Part shown: piece after piece, positions 27,601 through 41,082 of the stretch
Layout of the letters: each line of letters begins with the position of its first letter
How positions within the stretch are numbered: the first letter of the stretch is position 1
NCBI GenBank assembly: GCA_043228905.1
Contig: JBHGNT010000007.1
Location: forward strand, 4,836,001-4,900,000
Source: Azolla caroliniana
Lineage: Eukaryota > Plantae > Polypodiophyta
Direction of reading: 5' to 3'
Length of the DNA: 64,000 nt
Notes under the pieces: model-generated
What the model saw: only the letters and a program-made list of their open reading frames with translations
Told to the model about the DNA's origin: nothing
The model's database searches: none
Made by a program: the position numbers and the translations under genes

Positions 27601-29103
27601 GGCATACCCACAATTGTCCACGTTGTTTGCATCTAAAGCATTCTTCTCCTTTATGAGAAATGTGGCTTTATTTCCACTAGCTTTTCTTCCAATGGTCTCA
27701 AAGCTCAATTGGATAGTCATGTCGCCTTATGTGATCTTCCAACACTAGAGGCTTCTCTTCTCCTTTGATTTCCTTACGTACAAGTTCTTATTGAGTACAA
27801 ATTTTATGGCTTGACCTTTTGTAATTGCCAACATCCTCAAACATTTTGTCCATAGTCTTTGTTTTCACGCATGGTTTGTTGGTCTAATCCTCTAGATGAT
27901 GTCTACTTTTCCTTTTACATATATTCATATCAAGTGTACGGGTATGAAGATGAAACTTTCGAGCCTTTATATTTAAATTTTTATAGGCTTGTGCTTAGAC
28001 TTGTTTTTGGCGATATATGTTGTGGCATCTACAATGTGTTAATAGTCTAGAACATTGATCTTTTCTAGCTTCTCTCCACCCTGTATTTTTTTACGTGGTG
28101 TGTACCTCTAGAATTGCCCCAAAAATAAAAACATTGGCTCTAGTCATGTCTTGGTAATCATGGTTACCTTTGGCCATACCATAATGTTGCGTTGCTACCT
28201 CTAAGTTTTCGTTTTACTAGTTTCATTTATCCCCGAGTCTTGTACAATATTGAAATTCCTAATTAGGATAATTGCCAAGCTGATTTTTATCAATGATTTC
28301 CATTGAGGAAAGGGAAGTCACTATTATATTCATTGTGGCCTTTATGCGGAGTGGATTATTCATGCCATCCCATGTTATGAGAGGTGGAACAACTATGAAG
28401 TGCCCTTGAAACGTTGCTTTTGAGTTACTGGCTATCCAACCGAATGTCTTGCTTTTTTGGAGAAATGAATTTAGTTTCTCAGCTTCCTCCTATAGAGCTA
28501 GTTGGTGAGGCTCATAACTTTATTTGGATTACCTAATCCCTTCACATTGTAGGATGCGATATTCACCATTTGACATTATTTATAGATTTGGACCTATTAT
28601 TGATTTAAGATTCAATGAACCGTCCATAATTTTTTTATGTTAGGGGTCATTGTGGACTTATTTGTCTTTTTTTTTATCAAATGTAGTCCCAATGTGCATT
28701 ATATCCCACATATTTATCTTGGGTACCATTGTTAATCTTCCTTGTAATGGAGAGGATGAGTTTGAAATGATCATTGTCAACTTTATTATGGTCCAATTCA
28801 AGTTGATGTCAACTTCAGTTTATTATGGAATCAAGATTTAAAAGTTAAGGGCTTACAAAGTACATACAAGGAATCCTAATTTAAAACACCAAAAGTTCTC
28901 TTTGAGCTTCAAATATCTTAACAAAGGCTCTAACAAATTTCTAATAGGGAAAAGTACCAGGATACCCCTGGAAGTTCGTCTATTTACCAAAATGCCCTTG
29001 GAAGTTCCAAATTTACCAAACTACCCCTATGTCCAAAAAATTACACTTTATAAAGTAATTACACCCTCAAAGTACAAAATCAAAATCAAAGTGCACATAC
29101 TAT

Positions 29104-30400
29104 AACAAAGTTGTAGAACACCTTTCCGATTCTAATACCTATAGAGTAGTTTCCCACTATCCACTTGAGGAGTTATCATATAGACTTAAAAAAATTGTTA
29201 ACAACCATCTAGGTACCTTATCCACCATAGAAGCCAACTACATACTACATAAGCCCTCAACAGGGTACCAAGTATGCAATCTCTACTTCCTACCCAAACT
29301 CCACAAGAACCCAATGGGCTTTAGACCTATTTGTTCATATAATAACACTCTCTTTTTGAACAGACGTCTAAATGGCTTCACCACCAACTCATGCCAATCC
29401 TTCTCCTTCAAAAACAATATTTGAAAGACTCACACTCCCTTATCCAAACTCTAGAACATCTAAAACCACCCCCTAATAGCTTTATCTTTACCTTTAATGT
29501 TGAATCCTTATACGCTAGCATCCCCCCTAAGCTAGGTCTTGAAGCCTTACGAAAAACCATTACCCCCCATTTTTCGACCTCTAAAACTAACCTTATTTAT
29601 ACACTTAGCACACTCACATTAGAATATCATTTTCTCTCTTTTGACGATGTGATCTATCAACAAGTAAAGGGTACAACCATGGGTAGTAATTTTTCCGTAG
29701 TATATGCTTGCCTTTTCGTAGCTCATATAGAGAATTCGCAACCACCACACCCAAATCTTTGTTTTTTCACTAGATATATAGATGATGCTTTCGGAATATG
29801 GACGGGTACTAAACTCGAGTTAGAAAATTACCTTCAATTCTATAATACCTCCACTAATAATTGTATCAAACTTACCATCACCACTTCACCCTCTAGATTA
29901 CCCTTCATAGACTTATGGATTAACCTAGAAAACTCAAAATTCTCCTTTAATTGCTACCAAAATGCTTACCAATATCTCTTGTTCTCGTCAGAACACCCCC
30001 TTCATTTAAAAAGACATTTTATTATTAATGAACCAAAACGATACCTAATTAGAGAAAGCACTCCTTTAGGTTCCCGTCGAATGAAAAGACTATTTTTTAC
30101 TAGATTAATTACGAGATGATATCCCCCTTCATTCATAAAAGAAAATTATAAAAATGTCCCGTTTAGTGTTAGGAAATCACTAATATATAGTAAGAAACCC
30201 AAAAGTACTCTTCTACCCGTTATCTTTAAACTTAGATATACACGAGATACCCCTAGGATAGGAATTCACGACATGCTAAAAAACCTCCACGATCTACTCT
30301 TAGATCCCAATGTATCTAAGATACCTAGACCTTTTGTGTGTTGGACTAAGTCCAAGTCCATTCACTCTTTTTTGGTCAAAACTAAATACAGAAGGTCATC
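29104..30400 (+). pseudogene. Penelope-like element (PLE) reverse transcriptase, 5'-truncated and disrupted
   Basis: Motifs YFLPKLHKNPMGFRPICS (~29283-29340), FNVESLYASIP, QVKGTTMGSNFS, RYIDDAFGIW, LPFIDL and YLLFSSEHPLH are PLE-type RT and thumb motifs. A frameshift and a stop are present. Confidence 0.85.
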
Positions 30401-30622
30401 CCCAAAACCCCTTAACATTACACACTTACTTACTTATAACCCCCTACTTATTACTTACTATAATCTCCCGCTTTTCATAGCCCACCACCACTTATTGTGT
30501 ATCATTCAACTGCCTAACATTATCCCCTTCTTCTCTCTCCCATCACTAACTCTTATTTCTCCTCTCTCCCTCTCCCTCTTCCACCTCCCCCACCTTATAT
30601 AAAGCTACACCCATCTTGTAAA

Positions 30623-30680
30623 AGACCTTTGCATTGATGAGCTCATTCTTGAGCGAAACTAGTTTGCTGCATAAGGTCTT
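30623..30680 (+). ncRNA. Type I minimal hammerhead ribozyme in the PLE 3' repeat, probably mutated
   Basis: The sequence parses as agacctttgca-TTGATGA-gctca-ttct-tgagc-GAAA-ctagtt..tgcataaggtct. This gives the core (C>T)UGAUGA, a 5-bp helix II, GAAA, a palindromic short helix III and helix I complementarity. It lies just 3' of the PLE ORF and a TATA box. Confidence 0.75.
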
Positions 30681-32249
30681 CTTCTCTCTCTCTCTCTCTC
30701 TCTCTCTCCTTGGTACTCACAATCTATTTTCTTCCTATTATATTATCTACCCTATTGCTAAGTCGCTCACACTCCTTGTAACGACCCAACGGTTGACAAT
30801 AATTTCAAGTAGTCTCTTTGGATGGCCGATTTTACAAATGGATCAAAGATTTCTATACTCATAATCCTAACACACTACATGTAGTGAGAGTTCACACCTT
30901 GTGCACTTTGGATGTGGAAGACTCCAACTTTAATCAATCTAAGCTTGCTTACGCTGAGATGATCCTTCTAAGACTAACAAACAAACTTGTCACATCAGCT
31001 TCCTCTACATTTGGCTACATGGCACAATCATGGGGCAATGTATTACAAAGCATCTTCACTTTTGCCAAGATCGCCCATTAGCATGGCAACTCTTTGGAGG
31101 ATCGGACCATCAATTAGACAATACTCTTCCGGTCTTTATGTTTGATGAATAGTTTTTAAACTTATGTAATGATGGCTTCACTTGCATTTAATGAATAGTT
31201 GACAAAACATTACCATTGATGACTTCATTGAGATGACAATGGCAAACAACATCATATTAATAGGCTAGGGATTTATAATAATAGTGGAAACATGTTTGTT
31301 AAGTACTCGTTGTACATAACATGATTCATCAAGACATTGGCACCAACGTAGACATTGAGCTAAATGAAGACATTGGCCATATAATGTGAAAGATGCCAAA
31401 CTTCCTTGTAAAAAGTTAAAAAGCCATTTGAGTGACTTTTGTAGCTCTTCTTCCTTCTTGAGTTTTCTGCCCTCTTATAACTTAAACTTGAGCTCTCTCT
31501 TCTCATTTCCTTAATCTTTCACTTAAGTGAGTAGAGTGACTACCGCTAAGAGCTAATTATCTATACCTTAATCCCTACCCCTTTTGTATGTTTGTTGTAG
31601 ATTGTTACACTAATTGAGTGGGGGTCGACGTTAACACAATGGTATATTGTTTGTCTTTACTTATATGTGTATATGTATACTTTTTAAGCTCTTACTAAGA
31701 CTTAATTAGCCTCTTAATTGAGAGTTAACATGAGGAAGCATGAGTGAGAGATCATAAGGTTAGGGTTGCGCAACTAGAGGCTTCAGAGTGATTGACAACT
31801 ACACTTGCATGTTCACTAGTACAATAGGTTATATGGCAATCCAAATCCTTTGGCTCACGCCATCAACGTGGATGTAGAACTTTGTCGATTACTAGATGTG
31901 CTCTCAATGGTGTGCACCTTGAGACGAAATAATGTTATTGATTTACTTTCGACATTTTTTAATCTCGATTTATTATTGCAAATCTAAGATGGCATTGAGA
32001 AGCATGGCTAAATTATTCAATAGCTTTGAGATGCCCTCCTCTAATTTCAAATTTGGACTTTGATTCACTCATGATGATGTTAATGTTGACATCATATTAA
32101 TGAGATATGTTTTACACTTTGCATTCAATAGTTCACTTGAAAATTTAATTGTTTTGTAGATTTATAATTAGGAATTTACTATTTGTTTCATTTGCATTGT
32201 CCAACACTTGTCCAAGCAACTATATCCTTTGTCAAGGTGAAGGATGATT

Positions 32250-32380
32250 CTTCAAAATTTGTTGTTGATTATCATGGCCTCCTCCAATATCGACCTCCTC
32301 CAATCTTGGCATTGTGGGACATGTTCCAAGGTCGACACTAATTCACAAAAATTGAACATTGTGGTGCATATACGCATATT
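32250..32380 (+). pseudogene. Highly decayed gypsy RT relic
   Basis: Remnant peptides FVVDYHGL and FTKIEHCGAY resemble RT motifs (VDYRGLN, FTKIDLRGAY). Confidence 0.35.
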
Positions 32381-34348
32381 CATTGTGGTGGCAAAATATG
32401 TTTATTGGCTCCCCTTTTAAACATCATGAGGATTGATTCCAGGAGAGAATACTTGTATTGGTGTTTGAGATAAGGTTTGATTTCATGTTGGGAAAACTAT
32501 GCCTTTAATGGGCCAACTCGTATTGGATTATATGATATATAAAGGAGGGCAACAATAAAATCTACTTGCTCTACAACCGGGTTGATCTTTGTTGGTCAAT
32601 GTTGAAGTTGTATCATGGAACCATGCTTGTTAAGAGAATTATATCACATTCTTCGGTTTAAATACCATATGAGATGTAATATTTCCAATCTAGAGTATTG
32701 GTCATAGGCCAAGTGTATTCAAGAAACATGCTCATATTGTAAATTTTGGGGAATCATCCTTCATTAGGTGCCAATGGGTAATGCCCAATGGACTGGCTTG
32801 TAATGTGAATCTAACCATTTAGGGTTTCAAACTTGAGCAAGATTGCTCATGGAAAAGGGGCCTTTGGGTGCCTCGACTTTGGGGCTACCCACATGAACAA
32901 CTATGGTTGGCAAAGTGACATTGTCATTCCATCATTATCCTTGATGCTCACCCTCTAAAGACAATGCTACATTCACATATCAGGGTGTTGGAGACACTTT
33001 AAGTGATGTCGTATACATTGGTTATAATTTTCTTGTAAATATCGAGGACAAAAATTCAAAGGGTGTGGATTTTTACTTGTTGATGCGTAATGGATCTAAA
33101 CATTGTGCACCTCATAAATAATGTGGATGCATGGGGAAATGTTATAGCAATTGGGACATTCTAAATTGATGGTATTTTTTATGAAAGGGCAGATTAATAT
33201 GAATATGTTTTCAAGTTATTAGAAGACTCCCCCACAAGCATAAACACTTATCTCATTTCTAGGAATCGACAACGGTTCGGTTTAAGCTTAACCAGTTTGG
33301 CCAAACTAGTTAAGCCTAAATTGGTGGCCCATATCGGTTCGGTTCGGCTTGAGCTATCCCACATTGATCTCAAACCGGTTCAGGAAGCTCAAGCATGAAT
33401 CGAGCCAAGCCGAATCACCAAACTGTTTTAAATGGTTTAATGGCTCCATTTAGGCTTGAGCTGAGCCATTGTGGACTCCCAGCCATTAAGTTAGTTGCAT
33501 AAAAAAATCCGTTGTCACAATACAAGAGTAACATGTGAAGGTATATACACAATCAAGGTTGATGTGTATGAGCGTATTTACAACACCATGCCATGGGATA
33601 ATTGTAGTCATATTTGGGTTGCAGGAGTTAATAAGATCGAACAGAACTGAGAGCAAGGTTAACGTGATGAAGGGAAATTTGGAATGTTTTGAGACAAATG
33701 TGATGCGACATATTTGCTAAGAAGTGTGAGTAAGGGGATTCAAACCCATGACATGCGAGCTGATAGGGAGGGCAACAGGGTAATAGCTCACTTGGCTTGG
33801 GCTTTCGGTAACATCGCTTAGAATGGGGTTTCAGTAACATCACTTGGCCTTGGGTTTTTCTACAACATCATTATGCGTGGGCTACCTTGCCCGTAACATG
33901 GATTGGCATGGGCTTTCTGTAACGTCATTTGGGCTTGGCTTTTGGTAACCTTGCTTGGCCTGGGCTATGCATAACCTGGCTTGGCCTGGGTTTTCGGTAA
34001 CATTACTTGGCTTGGGCTCGCCGTAAAATGGTTTGGCCCAGGCATTATTGGCCTGGGTATTCCAAAACATGGCTAGGCTTGGGGCTTTTCCATAACATGG
34101 CTTGGACCTGGGGGCTTCCCAGAAGAAGAAGATAATGAGTGACAAAGATACATTAGGGTTTGAAAGCATCTCTTTTTTCACACTTGGACTTAAAAAAAAA
34201 AAACAAAGTATTTGTGAGGGTGTATTAGGGTTTGGGTCTTCTTCTTCTTCTTCTTCTTCTTCTTCTTTCTTTGTGGTTAGCTGCTTCTTTTCCTTTTTCT
34301 CGCAGGAGGAACCAGACACACACAGAGAGAGAAGGTTTAGCTGAATCT

Positions 34349-36048
34349 ATGGCCGTCTTCACCTTCGTCTGCAGAAGCGATAGCGGCTCTTGGAGCGCCA
34401 AGCAACACCCTGCCTCTGAGGATGGAGGTTGCCTCGAGGGATCCGCTGATTCTTCCTTCGATCTTCAGCGCTTGCTTACGAAGCTCTCTCTCTCTTCTGG
34501 CGCTTCTGGATCGGTCTCCTCTTCCTTCTCGTATGTTACTCCCACATCGGCTGTCTTCCAGGTCGGTTTCTTCTTCTTCTTCTTGTTTATCTCTGCGCAA
34601 ATTTTTACTCCTTCCTTTCCCTGAATGAACTAGCGTTCTTTCAGGAAGTTCTCAATGAATGGTTTTACTTTATTTACATTTTTGTGGAAAGCTAGATTTG
34701 CGTATCTATATGCGAACGATTAGCTTTTAGTACGCTTCGATGGATGATTAGCTTCGATGTATCTTTGTACTTGTATGATTTCTCGTATCTTAACTCTTTC
34801 TTGCGGCCTGTCTCCTCTTAATTTTGTCTGGTTATGCTTGGTTCTGTCTGTTTTTTATAACCGAGCAATTTTTAGAGTTCAATCATCATTTTCGAAAGTA
34901 TTTGGTGTGCGTGAGTTTCTAAGTTTGTATTTGTGGTTAATGTTGTATTGTTCTGGCAGTTTCTCTGATTAGATTTCAGTAAAAACTTTGGGGTTTTAAC
35001 TTTCTTAGGATATTATGTAGTATTTTGTTCCCTGAATCTTGAGTTTTTCTCAGTGCTGTTCCTCTTCGTCTGTCTCTTACGTGTACTCCATAATGATTTG
35101 GTCAAAGTCAGCTTTTTCATCTTCATCTTTTGTTGATACTCTTTTTCATTTTATAATCTTCATCTTTATATATTTTATCTTTATCGAAGTACTCATGTGT
35201 AGCTCAAAATTTTCCAATGTATTCAGAGTTCATATTTTCTTTAATGAATTAATGTAGGTCATTACTGTTGCTGAGCTAATTTCAACATAAAAGGATCTAG
35301 TTAGTTTTGTGCTGTACGAAGTTAATCCTGATATTGTTTTCGTATATCTGAATTCTTTTAGGCATTGTCTATTGTCTGCTTTCCCTTATGTAAACCTTCA
35401 AAGTCCATATTGATCCATCAAATTCTGTCTATTAAAATCTCCATAAGTCATCTCGTTTATCCTAATTAAAACCGTCAAAACTTAATAATGAAATTATAAA
35501 GTGTGTCATATATACCTGTTTGAAGCCTTTGAAGTCCATATTAATCCATTAGATACTGCATAATAAAATCTCCAAAGTTGATCTCGGTTTTCGCAGTTAT
35601 AAATTTCAAAAGTTTATATATAATGGAGTGTTAAAAGTTGTCAACATAACATTCGAAGTAAAATTTAAGCTGATCCTATTAATGTTTTATCTGTTCTGTT
35701 TGGTAGATCACTTGAATAGTGTTGAGTTAAATCTTCTGAATTTTGTCATTGTGTGTTTGTCTAGTTAAACCTTTCAACATTCATATTAACCAATTAAAGT
35801 ATTGCTGAGTAAACCTCCAAAAGTTCTTAATTAATCATGCACAAAGTTTGTAATAGAATTTACTGGTGAACATGTCACAGGTAATCATTGGCGGTGGAGG
35901 AGGAGGTGGTGGCTTTGTATCTAGTGGAGCAGTAGCATCGGGTGGGGGTGGTGGTGCTGCTGCTGCACCTGCTGTAGAAGAGAAGGAAGAAGTAAAAGAG
36001 AAAGAAGAAGAAAGCGACGATGATATGGGATTCTCATTGTTCGATTAA
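34349..36048 (+). CDS. RPP3: 60S acidic ribosomal protein P3 (plant-specific stalk protein), 2 exons, 126 aa
   Basis: Exons 34349-34561 (MAVFTFVCR...WSAKQ...FDLQRLL...[14 protein letters not shown]) and 35881-36048 (VIIGGGG...[14 protein letters not shown]), joined by a phase-0 GT-AG intron. Confidence 0.93.
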
Positions 36049-37475
36049 AATTAATTAATTCAACAATCGGAGTAGAAATAGTGTTTTTTTGTTTGCATTT
36101 TGTATTCGGCTTTTTCCAGATTGAGTCTAGCTGCTTAGAAGAAGTAGCTTTATGGGAATTTATTTATAAGGGTTTTTTTCTTCATGACATTGATGTATGT
36201 ATGTTTACATTTTGGAGTTATCAATGGTAAGTAAGCTGCTTTGGTCTTGATGGTGTAATTAGAATTACTTGACTGTGTGCAAGAGTTTGTAGTCATGTAC
36301 AGCAGATGAGGTATTCTATGCAAAGTGCATGCCTAAATTTATAATTTCTTCACTAAATTTTTATGCTGTAAATCATTTTGTTATGCAAAGTCTATGCCTC
36401 CCTTAGTGTTTTATGTGCCAAGACCTCTTGAAAGTTACTACTTTTACAAGATATTGGCTGTACTGCTAACTGTGCTACAATTTTTTCTCATCAATCTTCA
36501 TCATTATGTTATCATGTTATAATATGTACACGGTTTTACACATCATTGTTTTTCTATTGTGTATTATTATTGCTTTGTTCTCTTTTTAAGTTTTCCTGTA
36601 AGTTATTTCACATAGGATTTTTATTTGATTGCGAACTAATGTCATGCTTCAATTAGGGGTATGTTTTTTTCCCCTGTGACCCACTTGAGATTGTTTTATT
36701 CCTTGAGACGTCTTGAAAGTGAGTATTTCTACATACAAATTATATGTATTGCAAATTGTTTTAATCTATTGGCAGTGTTTTTGTGCCATAAAAAAGTATG
36801 TATTGTTTATTTCCATTGAATATTATTATTAATGTGTTATCTGTATGTTTTTTTTTCTTTATTTAGTGTTTATTGATTTTTGTTAACAAGACGGCTTGCC
36901 ATTGCAAGTCTTGGTGAAGAACTTTAGGACTTAAACCCATTTAAGTATATCTGCAGACAATACTGTATTTGGTTGTAAGTGACTTGAGAACTGCCACTTT
37001 TTTACAAACTGATATTCTTTGAGAGGTCATCTGAACACTTTCTCTGTTGATATGCTACATTTTTTTTTCCATGTTTGTGAGCTTTTTTACTGCGAATTTA
37101 TGTTTTGTACTACAATAGGTGTTATTGGAAAGATAAGAAGATACATGTCATGTTTGTACTACTATGTGTTAATTAAACAAATTGTGACATTCTTTAGTGT
37201 GCACAGGAGGTGTCATCACGACTACTCATTTCAGAGGTTTAGATAGTTAAAAACTCGCTGTGATTGCAAGTAAATATCTAGGGTCTTTTTCAACTTGTAG
37301 TAGAAACATGGAAGTCGGGTTGGATAGGGACTAGCTACTAGAATATGAGTTCCCAATTATAAATAAAAGGTTAAATTGTTGAAGGAACAGACCTGTATTA
37401 CAGATAAGGTTTGACAATAGCAGTAGCAAAAAGCTACTATATTCAAAACAGATATGAAGAGATGTATATAATGAC

Positions 37476-37714
37476 TGGCCAAAGGAATATTGCAATCAGA
37501 AATGATATTAGTGATGCATGATGGATGCGGTAAAATTTATTAAGTTTAAAAAAGGGGAGGATGGGAAGAAGATTTTGTAGGTAAAGGGAAATAAGATTGG
37601 CCAAAGGAATATTGCAATAAAAAATGATATTAGCGATGCATGATGGATGCGGTAAAATTTATTAAGTTTTAAAAAGGGGAGGATGGGAAGAAGATTTTGT
37701 AGGTAAAGAGAAAT
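37476..37714. repeat. Tandem duplication of a 122-bp unit (2 copies)
   Basis: tggccaaaggaatattgcaat...gtaggtaaag occurs at 37476 and 37598. Confidence 0.85.
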
Positions 37715-39313
37715 ACGAATAAATAATCAATGTACAAGTAAGTTTGAAGGTTCAAGTAATGCCATGGTCTCTCCGTTGTTTAGATCTTGTTAACATGGTG
37801 GTCATGGGCTCAAAACCTCTGTTTGCAAATAAAAAGAAACTAGGTGAAAATCCTCTTATCTTTTGCAAAAAAAGTGATCATCATATTTTTTTAATTTTTT
37901 TATAATTTGTAGCATTTGTGGAAGGATGAATCATCCATGATGATATGCTAATAAAAAGCTCAAAACCTTCTTTGGCTACACATGGTCTTCCTTGTAAAAT
38001 AGAAGAAATGCCCATTTTGACTAAATGTGTTTTAGGATCGAAGGATGATTTTTCTTTATACTACGTAATGATAAATCATCTATAACACATGCAAATGATT
38101 TGGTTAAATAGAAAATAAGCATATTGACCCTAACAACAAGCCACATTTCCATGAGAAAAACTTGTTTTGGAATTGCTTTTGATGAGGCACATCTCTTGGT
38201 AAAAAATGCTCGTAACTCCTTGCTTGACATGTGCTCGTACGTTCTCTCATGGCATCATTACTTGGATAATCGGTAGGTGCCAAGGTGCCCTTCATGCCAC
38301 TAAAAAATCCAAATTGACCCTAACAAGAAGCCACATTTCCATGAGAAAACCTTGTATTGGAATTGGCTTTGATGAGACACATTTCTTGGTAAAAAATGCT
38401 CGTAACTCACTTTCACATGTGCTCACACATTTTTGTGGCATCATTACTTGGATAATCCAATAAGGCTCAATATGCCCTTTCGTGCAACTATAGTCATCTA
38501 CACACAATTGTGATATCCCATGAGCCTTCACATGCTTGCCCCTCCAACTATCAATCACTAGAACACCACTTGTATAGATTTGGTAAACGTTGAGAAACCT
38601 TCGCTAGAAGTGACCTTAGTTTTCTTTGGCCTCTAATATGATATTTGTTGAAGGACATATCAACATCCAGTACCCAATCGACCTTTGGATTACAATGAAA
38701 AAGGTTGTTGTCCAGAGGACAGAAATGTAAAATTAGGAAATTAGCAAACGCCGAGTCCGAGTATCACGGGCCACCGACGGCTCGGTTGTGTATTAGGGGA
38801 AACGTTATTTAAACGAGGACTAGTACCTCAGTGCGGGAGAGAAGAAAAATATAGGCGGAAGCACTAGCTTAGTCCCTCGTAACTAGATAATCTTGTAAGG
38901 TCACCGGCCGTAGGCCGTGTTCTGTAATCTTTTTTCTGTCGCAGTAATATATCTGATTTGTGCCCATTTTGCTCCATGTGTCTGTGCTTTGATTCATACC
39001 TATGATTTTAGTGCCGCCCACGCCTATCAAGATCTCGCTAGTGTTTTATCTCTGATCATTGTCTCTCTCACGACGCCTCTGTTACGAGCCTTCACGTACC
39101 ACGCCCTTGAATACCGATAGCCGCAGATCTATCGAAGGTGTTCACCCAAAGGAACGGGTAACACAATTTGGCACGCCCGGTTACAGTTGTGAGTGCACAG
39201 CGAACTTCGTTGAAGGTAACCACCAGCCGCCGTTACGATGCCCTCTCGCACCACGAGGTCTTGGCCACCTGCCCGACGCCCTGAGCCAATCGAAGGAACT
39301 TCCGACTTGGCGG

Positions 39314-41082
39314 TGTCGCGAAAATACGACGAGGATACGCGAACTTGAGGCAGGACCCCGGGGCCTCCGATCGAAGGATAATCACATGTGTGCGTTTATA
39401 TTTTTAACAATTAACAGAAAGAAGAAATTTAATAATTTTCATTAACAAAGGAAAAAGAAATTACAATATGTCCCAAGATTGGGATTTAGAAGTTTTAGGT
39501 TTACTAAGATTAATAGAAAAGAAAAAAATTAGGGGTTTTGAGAGATATCCCTTCCGTAGGGAAGATTAGGATTAGGTTATATGAGTATTATGGCTTCCGT
39601 AGGGAATTTTAGGGTTTTCGAGAGTTATGGCTTCCCTAAGATAAGGGAGTTGAGAAGAAAAAAATAATAATATGGAGAGTCTATCCTCGTGTAGGAAAAA
39701 AAATGGAAAAAAATGGAGTTCTCTCTTGATCGTAGCCTTTTCACTTTTTGTTGCATGGCCTCTACTTTTAGTTGCCTAGCTTTTTCTTTTGGTTGCATGT
39801 GACTGTCCACATGACCTTTACTTTTTCCATGCACTCCCTTCTTTAGTTGCTTGCGTCCACATGGCCTTTACTTTAGTTCTCTTCACTTTACTTTAGTTTG
39901 TTGCATGATCCAATCTTTTATCCGTCCGCGTCCAACATCGTCCGGTAGCCGATTCCATTTTGCTTGCCGGTCGGTTCCGGTTCCGATTTTGCTTGCCGGC
40001 CGGTTCCGGTTTCGGTTTTGCTTGCCGGCCGGTTCCGGTTTGCTTGCCGGTTCCGGTTCCGGTTTCGATTTTGCTTGCCGGCCGGTACCGGTTTGCTTGC
40101 CGGTTCCGGTTCCGGTTTTGCTTACCGGCCGGTTCCAGTTCCGGTTTTGCTTGCCGGCCGGTTCCGGTTTGCTTGCCGGTTCCGGTTCCGGTTTTGCTTA
40201 CCGGCCGGTTCCAGTTCCGGTTTTGCTTGCCGGCTGGTTCCAGTTTGCTTGCCGGTTCCGGTTCCGGTTTCGATTTTGCTTGCCGGCCGGTTCCAGTTCC
40301 GGTTTTGCTTGCCGGCCGGTACCGGTTTGCTTGCCAGTTCCGGTTCCGGTTTTGCTTACCGGCCGGTTTCCGGCTTTGCTTGCCGACCGGTTTCCGGTTT
40401 GCATACCCGTTCCAGTTCCGGTTTGCTTGCCGGCCGGTTCCGGTTTTGCATACCAGCCGATTTCCGGATTGCATACCGGCCGTTTCCAGTTTCGATTTTG
40501 CTTGCCGGCCGGTTCCAGTTCCGGTTTTGCTTGCCGACCGGTACCAGTTTGCTTGCCGGTTCCGGTTCCGATTTTGCTTACCAGCCGGTTTCCGGCTTTA
40601 CTTGCCGACCGGTTTCCGATTTGCATACCCGTTCTAGTTCCGGTTTGCTTGCCGGCTGGTTCCGATTTTGCATACCAGCCCGTTTCCGGATTGCATACCG
40701 GCCCGTTTCCGAATTTGCTTACCGAGCCCGTTTCCAGATTTGCTTACCGGCCGGTTTCCGATTTTAGGGAATTTGGCCACCATCATCTATCAAGACAAAG
40801 TGGCCAAAGTGCTCTTAGCACAAATGAAAAATGAGGGAGCTCAAGGTGTTTATATAGCCAGGGCCTTAACTTTCCTATCTATGTGGGATAGTTCTAATTT
40901 CTCTATCTAATCAAACTTCATTTTCTCATAACTTGATATGTATTTCTCCATTTTGTATATAGTAAAATATATTTTGAAGCTCTTGAGTATATCCATCTTT
41001 CTATAGTAAGCTACTAATCTAATCTATAATAATTATTTCATTTTTTTTTTTTTTTACATAGTGTGTGAAGATTCACACGACA
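39314..41082. mobile_element. Solo LTR (G1/G2 clade) with an internal satellite
   Basis: Termini are tgtcgcgaaaa...cacacgaca with a 4-bp TSD GCGG (39310-39313 and 41083-41086). It shares end motifs with the G2 LTRs, and the host gag rejoins in frame (DLA/VTDQ). Confidence 0.85.
39945..40765. repeat. CCGG-rich minisatellite (ccggtt/ttgcttgccgg modules)
   Basis: Seen directly; it explains the spurious overlapping repetitive ORFs in several frames. Confidence 0.92.

Noticed and set aside
39851-40834. Long overlapping ORFs (327, 267, 225, 193 aa)
   Set aside because: These are artefacts of a stop-free CCGG minisatellite inside a solo LTR.
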